Source: a virus. From it: DNA of 64,000 nt. The position numbers and the translations under genes are program-made. This document shows, in pieces, positions 1 to 7,934 of the stretch. Positions within the stretch are counted from its first letter, which is position 1. Each line of letters begins with the position of its first letter. Below the pieces are notes generated by a model. That model was given only the letters and a program-made list of their open reading frames with translations, searched no databases and was not told the DNA's origin. The stretch lies in the IMG/VR virus record IMGVR_UViG_3300042892_002114, positions 27,315 through 91,314 of that record. One strand, 5' to 3'.

Positions 1-2969
1 CCGTTGAACACAAACCCATTTTCAATATATGGATTGTTCTTTTTCCAAAAACCTACCTTACTATTCAGTGCATATATAAGTTCCTTCACATCACCAGATA
101 CAGCAGAACGAATGTCTTTGCCTTGTGGATCAACAATCCTGAGTTTTGTGGTGGCTTGGGCTGGTTGACCATTTACGGTCTTTGACGTTTTGTCATCTAC
201 AGCAGCAACAGATTGACCAGACTCGGTCAATGATGCAATTGCTTCTCTGATTAGTTGCTTGGCTAGTTCTATACCAAGATTTGCGTCGTGTTTTATTTTT
301 TCAATATTTTTCATAGCTTCTGGTGTTTCTGCTTTTTCTAATTTTTTTGCAGTGCTGGCCGATTTCATATTTTTTATGAATGTATCCAGCACATATTTTA
401 CAAATTCTTCTCTGGATTTAAATGTTGTTCCATTCTTTGATACAACAACTCCTTTATCAAATGCTCTGTTATTATCAAGTGCTTTACTCAAAGCAACCAC
501 GGTTTCGCATTTTTTCTTTAATGATGGATCGTTTGCATCCAATCCATAATAACCTTGTAATACTGATGAATTTACTTTTGAAACACCAGCAAGATTGCCA
601 TAGAACTTCAATATATCCAAAAATACTTGATTTGGATTAAAGAACACAGGCTTTGAGTTTGTTTTGATCAGAGATGACGCAACCTTGCCATCTATCGTAT
701 TTATATATGGATTGGTGTTTGATCCCAACACAACATTAAGAGCATCGGATAATGCACTCAATAGATTTCCAGTAACAAATCCTTTTAGTCCTTTTTCCGG
801 AGTTGTTCTAATTTTTGTCCATTCCGATGATACTTTATATGACAAAACCAAATCAACTTGAATTTTTTCACCACCAACGTTGAATATTAAATATCCTGTA
901 CCAAAGTCTTTATCTTGAAAGTTTGGATATATATAACTTGGTTTTTTTTCTTGAATAAACTGGATAATCTTTTCTGAATACTTTTTATTAGATGCTAGTT
1001 GTGATGTTCTATCATTAGTTTCTTCTGGTAATATAATTTGAATATCTATATCACCATATTCTACACCATCTTTTTCTAAATCTTGTTTATAATACATTGC
1101 TGAACCTACCGGTCCATTGGATTCTATTGGAGGAAGATTTGAATATGCATTGAATTCTGAAACAAATTTATCCATTGCACTCAAAATATTTAACACTTTC
1201 TTTGGAGTTATAATAGTTGATTGTGTAGAAGTAGATCTCCAACCGCCTTCACCAAACATTTCTTTTTCTATTTCATTTACAACTTCCTCAGCAAAGTTTA
1301 TATATGGATTAACTTCTGATACCGGCTCTGGCTTGTTTGCTATGAGAGTATTCCAAATTTCTTCTTTGTCTTTGTTGCCGACCGGTGGAAGATTTTTCAA
1401 GAATGATTCTTTATCATTGTTCATCAAAAATTCACGCATTTTTGTGCCACTTACATTCACTGTAGCAGTTCTTTCTACACCAATTTTTTTAATTTTATTA
1501 GCAGCCAACAACTCTGGATACTTTTTTAAATCTTCATCTTTGAAGTTTATTTCAACATCATCTTTGTCAGAATACAAATTTATGGTTGGCATATCTGCGG
1601 CATCTTGAGTCAATCTTTGTTCCAACCACGCAAGTTCATGCATAATGGCCCGAACTGGAGAATCAACAAACTTTACTTTTACATTCTTTGGCAAAGATGG
1701 AATAAACACATCACTCCATAGTTTTACAAAGTCATCTCCCTTTATAGGAAACTCACCCTTCTTTATTCTATCGGAAGATGATGTATAAACAATGACTCGA
1801 TCATTTTCATTGGCTGCTTTTTCAATAAGCTTCCAGTGACCAATGTGCAGTGGCTTGCCAGCAATTGGAATAAGACCAAGAGTTTTGTTGGTTGATCCCA
1901 ACAACCCTTGTTTGGATGTCATCAAACGAATCGTATCATGAATATCATCTTTGATTTGAACAATGTTCTTTTTGTTGCCAGCAATCTGTTGTAGAGCATC
2001 AAAGAACTTCTTTAACTTTGGTTGATTCTTAGCAACATAAAAATTTGAATCTGAAATAACATCTTCTTCGGATTTTCCTTCAGTACCAATTGCGGCAAAA
2101 ATATTTTGTATCAATGCTCTGATTTGTTGAAAGTATGCTGAAGCGGCTTCTGGTTCAAGTTTATATGCGTCCTTCTTTGCACCACGAACTCCAGCATCAT
2201 ATTGATCGGCTTGCACCAACTTGAAGAACTCTCCATTATCAAGCTTCATTACCACACCTTCTGTTGTGCCACCCAATGTAGATGGAACAGCCAAAATAGC
2301 CTCCGAAAATTTTGTTACAACATCAGTCGGATTGGTCCAATCAACATTTGTTAGTTTTGATCCAAACAACGGATTCTTCAGCAGATTTTCCTTGCTGAGT
2401 TTTCCCTGAAAGAAGATAGGAAATGATGATATTTCCAACAAGTCTGCCATCTTGTTCACAGATTTGTAGTCTGTTATTTCTTGTTTCGGAATGGTATGCA
2501 AATCTCCGCCAACCACACGATACTGCACTTCACCATAACTTCTTAAAAACAAGCCACCCTTGTTGACATATGTACGAGTCAAAGTGTCTTTGTTTTGAGC
2601 AAACTCAACGCTAAACTCAGTACTCTTTGGAATGCTGTTAATCTTATTGTTTATCTTAGACAAATGATCAAATATCATGGAATATTGACCAATGCCAACA
2701 GAAGATTGGGATATATCACCCTTTTCTTTATCATTCAAATGAGCAAACTCTTTGGCATACAACACAGTTCCTTTGTATGCCACAACCCAATTCTTGGTAT
2801 AATCTGCTTTATCAACTTGCTGTGTACGCACCAATGTCAGTTTTGTTCCATCCACCTTTTCGGTGATGACCATGTTCTGACTTAGTATTTCATTGGCTCT
2901 TTTTAGACGCAGTGACTCTGTTTTTGGTTCAAAAATATACTTTTTTAGGTTTTTTATAGAAATGTCCAT
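1..2969 (-). CDS. Large multidomain nucleotidyltransferase (RNA/DNA-ligase-type adenylation domain + HIGH-family NTase + Pol-beta-type NTase), 3'-truncated by the window edge
   Basis: Manual translation from ATG at 2969 (MDISIKNLKKY...) stays open to base 1 (~989 aa). Motifs: ITEKVDGT (~2844-2867), EGVVMK/FFKLV (~2215-2261), GKPLHIGHW (HIGH at 1836-1847) with SGTKMR, GPVGS...YGDIDIQI (~1035-1115) and QVDLV. Confidence 0.85.
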   Translation of the reverse strand, partial: MDISIKNLKKYIFEPKTESLRLKRANEILSQNMVITEKVDGTKLTLVRTQQVDKADYTKNWVVAYKGTVLYAKEFAHLNDKEKGDISQSSVGIGQYSMIFDHLSKINNKINSIPKSTEFSVEFAQNKDTLTRTYVNKGGLFLRSYGEVQYRVVGGDLHTIPKQEITDYKSVNKMADLLEISSFPIFFQGKLSKENLLKNPLFGSKLTNVDWTNPTDVVTKFSEAILAVPSTLGGTTEGVVMKLDNGEFFKLVQADQYDAGVRGAKKDAYKLEPEAASAYFQQIRALIQNIFAAIGTEGKSEEDVISDSNFYVAKNQPKLKKFFDALQQIAGNKKNIVQIKDDIHDTIRLMTSKQGLLGSTNKTLGLIPIAGKPLHIGHWKLIEKAANENDRVIVYTSSSDRIKKGEFPIKGDDFVKLWSDVFIPSLPKNVKVKFVDSPVRAIMHELAWLEQRLTQDAADMPTINLYSDKDDVEINFKDEDLKKYPELLAANKIKKIGVERTATVNVSGTKMREFLMNNDKESFLKNLPPVGNKDKEEIWNTLIANKPEPVSEVNPYINFAEEVVNEIEKEMFGEGGWRSTSTQSTIITPKKVLNILSAMDKFVSEFNAYSNLPPIESNGPVGSAMYYKQDLEKDGVEYGDIDIQIILPEETNDRTSQLASNKKYSEKIIQFIQEKKPSYIYPNFQDKDFGTGYLIFNVGGEKIQVDLVLSYKVSSEWTKIRTTPEKGLKGFVTGNLLSALSDALNVVLGSNTNPYINTIDGKVASSLIKTNSKPVFFNPNQVFLDILKFYGNLAGVSKVNSSVLQGYYGLDANDPSLKKKCETVVALSKALDNNRAFDKGVVVSKNGTTFKSREEFVKYVLDTFIKNMKSASTAKKLEKAETPEAMKNIEKIKHDANLGIELAKQLIREAIASLTESGQSVAAVDDKTSKTVNGQPAQATTKLRIVDPQGKDIRSAVSGDVKELIYALNSKVGFWKKNNPYIENGFVFN

Positions 2970-2995
2970 GCTTATAAGTATATATCACCGGTTTA

Positions 2996-5131
2996 TTATA
3001 TCAATTTTTTGACTTGTTTCAATACCATATCTGCTGATATTTCCTTGGAACATTCAAAGTTTTTGTTCCTTGGGCACCAAAACCAATCATTGCGACTAAA
3101 CTTGCAGGACATATCGTTCCAACAACCATTACAGACACTTTCATTGATTACTCTATATTCAGTATGAAACTCGCACAGACTCTTGGTAAATCCACTGATC
3201 AACACCACGGGCTTGCCCACGGCCCATGCCAACCAACTCAAACCAGAGCTTAGTCCAATAAAGAACTGTGCGCCTGCTATTTGAGCCATGCGTTCGTCCA
3301 GTGTAAAGTCGCCAGTTTTATCCACACAACCTTCTGGCATATAATTCATACTTTTGTCTACGCCAAAACTATTGTGTCGGTCAATGCACCATACTTCATA
3401 TCCATTGCTCTTTAGATAATCCACCACGGTCTTCCATCCAGTTTTATTGTTCCAATACTTTGCTTGACAAGTACTTTGAGTAGCAATACACACATATTTC
3501 TTCTTTACATTTTTATACTTATTGGCATCAAAAGTAATCTTTGGTTTGTATTCTATATTGGTCAAACCTAGTATGGTTGTGGCAATTGAACATAGATTGA
3601 GCAACCTTGGGTCGGTTGGAATATGATTCTTGGTATTTTCTCCATCAAAACATCCAATCTTGTATTTAGCATAATATGGATCTGTATACACATCCACTGC
3701 CAAAAATTTTATATTTGGATAATTCTTCTCAAACATTGGACGAAGTACTTTATTAAACACTGCACATTCCATTATACATTGATGTTTCTTCTGAAACTCA
3801 TCAACAGCACCAATCCACGCCAACAAATCTCCTAAACTTTCACTGTCCAATACAACTTTAACTTTTTTATTTTTTGGATCAAATGTGTGTTTTTCTACCA
3901 ATACATCATAACCATCTGATATGTCATATACCTCAACCACCCACTTGTTGAAATACTTTGTGGAAGTTGATGCCCACATATTATTTTTAAGTTTCGTTTC
4001 ATATACAACATGACCTGTATGAAAATCAATAAACTTGATCTTATAACTCTTGTCAACTGGACCGGGTATATCTACCTTAGCACCATCATCAAAAGTTATT
4101 TTAATTTTGTTTTCTGGTTTCTTTGGCTCTTTGTATACCACGTCTGTATTTTTATAACTATCAATCAACTGATTACCAAAAATACATTCACAATATTCGC
4201 TGTATAGTTTGGCTAAGTCATGTACTCTGTTGCTGTACGAATTTTCTTTGGCATTTTCCAATGCGGCATTTCTATATGCTTTATAATTTAATCTCACATC
4301 TTCAATACCATGAATTGCTTCAGATATGTCACGTGAAGTAACAACCATACCTTTGTATTTTTTTTCTTCAAACGTACCAACCACTGGCAACCCACATGCC
4401 ATTGCTTCTAATAATGTGAGGTTTGGATGACCAGCCTCTAGTTCAGAGAAGTGTAAAAATATATCATGACTGTTATATAACTCAATGAGCGACTTTTCAT
4501 CCAAGTCATATAACTTGGTCAACTGTTCATAGTTGTTGAGTTCGGGATCGAGTGTTTTGAAGAAGTTATCGTTGTTACGCGGACCAGCAATTGTCAGCGG
4601 TAGTCCCAACTGTTTGGCTGCTTGAATTGCAATAGCAAACCCTTTACGGTCTTTGCTTTGGTCATTAGCATATCCATTGTTGGCTACGCACAACAACTTT
4701 GGACTGCTGCTCATCTCTCTTGTTTTGTATGTAAAGACATCTGTATTGACGGCGTGAGAAAAGTAACGCAACTTTTTGCTGCCAAAATATGGTATCAAAA
4801 ACTTACATGGTGACAAAGAAAACACACTATTTTCAATTGCTTTAAAATTTTCTTTATACACATGCGATTCTTTGCCATACAAAAATGCGTGATGATCATG
4901 AATGCTAAAGATGTATGGAACACCGCGTTCATGAAGCATATTGGCGAGATTGGCCACGTGTACATGCACAACCATACTTTCATCATATTTAACATCATTG
5001 AGATATTTTATCTCATTACGGATGTTCAGCTTGTTCAATTCAAGATGATAATCCCAGATAATTTTTTCGATTGCACCCCACCCATTTGGTGGAATTGATA
5101 TAAGTCCCGGCGTAATATTGATTATTTTCAT
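2996..5131 (-). CDS. GT4-type glycosyltransferase fused to an Aah/TibC-like (autotransporter) protein O-heptosyltransferase domain
   Basis: N-half GT-B motif EAGHPNLTLLEAMACGLPVV. C-half has SLGDLLAW, QSTCQAKYWNN, FIGLSSGLSWLAWAVGKPVVLISGFT and the CNGCWN..CP..C cysteine cluster. Confidence 0.85.
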   Translation of the reverse strand: MKIINITPGLISIPPNGWGAIEKIIWDYHLELNKLNIRNEIKYLNDVKYDESMVVHVHVANLANMLHERGVPYIFSIHDHHAFLYGKESHVYKENFKAIENSVFSLSPCKFLIPYFGSKKLRYFSHAVNTDVFTYKTREMSSSPKLLCVANNGYANDQSKDRKGFAIAIQAAKQLGLPLTIAGPRNNDNFFKTLDPELNNYEQLTKLYDLDEKSLIELYNSHDIFLHFSELEAGHPNLTLLEAMACGLPVVGTFEEKKYKGMVVTSRDISEAIHGIEDVRLNYKAYRNAALENAKENSYSNRVHDLAKLYSEYCECIFGNQLIDSYKNTDVVYKEPKKPENKIKITFDDGAKVDIPGPVDKSYKIKFIDFHTGHVVYETKLKNNMWASTSTKYFNKWVVEVYDISDGYDVLVEKHTFDPKNKKVKVVLDSESLGDLLAWIGAVDEFQKKHQCIMECAVFNKVLRPMFEKNYPNIKFLAVDVYTDPYYAKYKIGCFDGENTKNHIPTDPRLLNLCSIATTILGLTNIEYKPKITFDANKYKNVKKKYVCIATQSTCQAKYWNNKTGWKTVVDYLKSNGYEVWCIDRHNSFGVDKSMNYMPEGCVDKTGDFTLDERMAQIAGAQFFIGLSSGLSWLAWAVGKPVVLISGFTKSLCEFHTEYRVINESVCNGCWNDMSCKFSRNDWFWCPRNKNFECSKEISADMVLKQVKKLI

Positions 5132-5215
5132 TTTAAATTCTTTCTATCCAATTTGGTGTAGTCACCGTATTTGTATCAGTGTATATATTTAAAGTTTTGT
5201 TTGATGTCAAGTATT

Positions 5216-6196
5216 TTATTTCAATCTTACAAAACTTCTATTTTTTGGATCAAGTATGCTATTTTTATTAAATTTAATTAAGCGAGCATCACTGATTCGT
5301 ACAACAAATTCTTGGTTTTTTGGATTTATTTTAAAAACCATGCCCGTGAGCGAATTGGGTATAGTTTCGCATAAAACGTCATCAACATATACCTCCAACT
5401 TATCAGCTCTTGGACTTTTATTTAAATACACAAATGCAATGTCTGTCGTATTTTCTATCTTGAGCACGGTTGAAATACCAACCATGTCAGTCACAATTCC
5501 ATCCTCCGCGAACGCACTCATACCATGCTTACTGGTTGCAAAATATTTTTCAATTCCAATATTTTCAAGCATATGAACGTCTCCAAATAATTTTTTTCTC
5601 TCAACGCTCTTATACAAGAAACTTTCCAGCGTTCCATATGCACCAACTTCTTTGCAGTTAATTATATATTCGTCGGAGGAATTTGAAAACTTAAATGTAT
5701 TCTTAAAAAATTCAATTGATGAATAAAATATCGTTGAAACGAACACATAATCAAATTTTAAAAACATTGCTTTTTTATTGTTAGTTTCAGATATATTTTT
5801 TAAATTTTTTAACTTTATAACATCTTGTTCCGAAAATAGACAGTCACCTTCCACATAAACAAATGAATCATATGAATCTTTCGCAAAATTGACTGCGTTC
5901 ATTATAGAGCGAAACACTGCATAACTATGATTTTTATGATTTGCAAGTTGGTATATTCTAAAGAAAAACTTGGGATAATCCGCGTAAAAATTAACATTTG
6001 GATTTGATGGTATAAAATCGTTGCGACAATCGTATATAAAATATTTAACCATATTTTGTATTTCTTTACTAACCGGACAGTGCGTAACCAACAAAACATC
6101 AAAATCGTTATTAACTCTTTCCAAAACGGATTGTAAAACTTGTTCCGTTTTTTGCTCGGATGGGTATGAGCCAACTATCAATAGTTGTTTTTTCAT
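5216..6196 (-). CDS. Hypothetical protein, possibly GT-A-fold glycosyltransferase-like
   Basis: 326-aa ORF inside the glycosylation cluster; VYVEGD resembles a DxD-like motif. Confidence 0.5.
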   Translation of the reverse strand: MKKQLLIVGSYPSEQKTEQVLQSVLERVNNDFDVLLVTHCPVSKEIQNMVKYFIYDCRNDFIPSNPNVNFYADYPKFFFRIYQLANHKNHSYAVFRSIMNAVNFAKDSYDSFVYVEGDCLFSEQDVIKLKNLKNISETNNKKAMFLKFDYVFVSTIFYSSIEFFKNTFKFSNSSDEYIINCKEVGAYGTLESFLYKSVERKKLFGDVHMLENIGIEKYFATSKHGMSAFAEDGIVTDMVGISTVLKIENTTDIAFVYLNKSPRADKLEVYVDDVLCETIPNSLTGMVFKINPKNQEFVVRISDARLIKFNKNSILDPKNRSFVRLK

Positions 6197-7107
6197 TTTG
6201 TCGCGTATATGAATCCAACTGTATCATTTTCTGTACAATGTCTATATTGTACGTTATATCCATTATCTATGAGTTTTTTGGCTATTGGCTTTGGATCAAA
6301 GTGAAACTCAATGAAGAATTGATTTATTCTATCAAAATGTTTTTGGTTTAAATTTTCAATTACTTTAAATTCAGTTCCTTCGATGTCAAGCTTTAGCAAA
6401 TTTATATTGTCTTCCATACTTAATATAGAATCTACGCATGTTGTTGGTACATGTATTTTTACAGAATTTTCTACATTCAAAAACTCACTTGTACCAACCG
6501 ATGCTCCAAGTGATATGTTTATATCCATACCAACATCCGACACATTCATACCTTTGTTGAGCAGCGTTATGCTTGCATCTTGACCAAAGTTTTTTTCCAA
6601 GTAAAAGAACGCCAATGGATCTGGGTCTATACTGTATATCTTTCTTGCACCAAAGTGTTTAGAATATAAAGTAAAAAACCCAACGTTGGCACCAGCATCA
6701 ACAACTGTACCAGAAACGTCTATATCTTTACACAAATCCCCATAGAAGAAGTCTGCGTATGATGGACCGGTGGGATCAAATGGATCTGAATGAAATGTGC
6801 TGGCAAACCGTTTTGCGTTCTTGTTTACAACAATATTTTGATATTGGATCAGTCGAAAATCTTTGTTATATATTTTTACAACAAATCCGGGAAAATTTGG
6901 ATTATTTATAACAAATGAATTTATTTTTTGGGACAATGGTTGCATCCATAAATTTAAACCGGCCTCCACATCTTGTGTACAAGCATAATAAACAGCACCC
7001 GTATACAAGTCACCAACAGTGAATATATACTTTGACGTATATTGCAATTTATAGTTAAAATAAACTGCAAAATTTTCTCGGTCTAAATATAAGTCGAAAA
7101 AAATCAC
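6193..7107 (-). CDS. FkbM-family SAM-dependent methyltransferase
   Basis: VVDAGANVGFF, LLKLDIEGTE, IEFH motifs. Confidence 0.85.
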   Translation of the reverse strand: MIFFDLYLDRENFAVYFNYKLQYTSKYIFTVGDLYTGAVYYACTQDVEAGLNLWMQPLSQKINSFVINNPNFPGFVVKIYNKDFRLIQYQNIVVNKNAKRFASTFHSDPFDPTGPSYADFFYGDLCKDIDVSGTVVDAGANVGFFTLYSKHFGARKIYSIDPDPLAFFYLEKNFGQDASITLLNKGMNVSDVGMDINISLGASVGTSEFLNVENSVKIHVPTTCVDSILSMEDNINLLKLDIEGTEFKVIENLNQKHFDRINQFFIEFHFDPKPIAKKLIDNGYNVQYRHCTENDTVGFIYATK

Positions 7108-7922
7108 GATAATAGATATTCCAACGTTCTGTTTGTTTCTCCAGCTTCCTTGAAGCCGTGATATAACAAAACTCTATCTGGATCTTCAACCGCCTCCCAA
7201 CTTGAACCAAATGCATCTACGCTGTTCATGAATATTGTATTTTTGGCTTTGCGTTCTTCAACGACCCTCACAGTTTCTAATAGATGTGTATTTACAAATG
7301 CTTGTTTTAGATTTTTATTTGCACCGCGCTTCCATAAGCACACATTGAATGCAGTTTCATCGGCGTATGGAAAATAATCTTTACGACGATCCAACAAATA
7401 TTTGTTCTGGCAGATTGAAGTATATTCTTCAAAGAACTCTTTGCAGTTTGGGTTGAATGCATAAAAACAAGACCAGCAATATCTCATGCTTCTGTTTTCC
7501 AGTCCATGATATTTCATCAATTTTTGTTCGTTGAAAATAATTTTTACTCCATTAACTTCTTGCCAAATGAATGGATATTCATGTGGACCATAACTTGCCA
7601 TAGGATATGACTCGTTATATTTGTGGTCATTAAAGTTGAAGTTTCGCGAGAACAATACGTCTGTATCCGTGAACAAATAATATTCATTTGGAAACATCTG
7701 CATTGTAAGCAAAGAAAGCTCGGCTTTATAGAAGTGGAAGGTTGGATATTGTGGCCGATAATCAACCTTTACTTTTTGCAAGTTCTTGAATTCAAAACTG
7801 CTGTCAAATCCGATTGTATAATAAACAATCTTTATATCGTCTGTGATTTTGTTTGTCAAAGACTTGATACAAGAGATTGCTTGATATTCGCAGTTCTTAT
7901 CGCTGTATAGAAATATAACCAT
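7104..7922 (-). CDS. Putative glycosyltransferase (GT-A-like)
   Basis: FTDTDVLF DxD motif, DETAFNV and LYHG motifs; cluster context. Confidence 0.6.
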   Translation of the reverse strand: MVIFLYSDKNCEYQAISCIKSLTNKITDDIKIVYYTIGFDSSFEFKNLQKVKVDYRPQYPTFHFYKAELSLLTMQMFPNEYYLFTDTDVLFSRNFNFNDHKYNESYPMASYGPHEYPFIWQEVNGVKIIFNEQKLMKYHGLENRSMRYCWSCFYAFNPNCKEFFEEYTSICQNKYLLDRRKDYFPYADETAFNVCLWKRGANKNLKQAFVNTHLLETVRVVEERKAKNTIFMNSVDAFGSSWEAVEDPDRVLLYHGFKEAGETNRTLEYLLS

Positions 7923-7934
7923 AGTTGTGTTTTA

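Noticed and set aside
259-2885. Short plus-strand ORFs in the first 3 kb
   Set aside because: Shadows of the long minus-strand NTase ORF.
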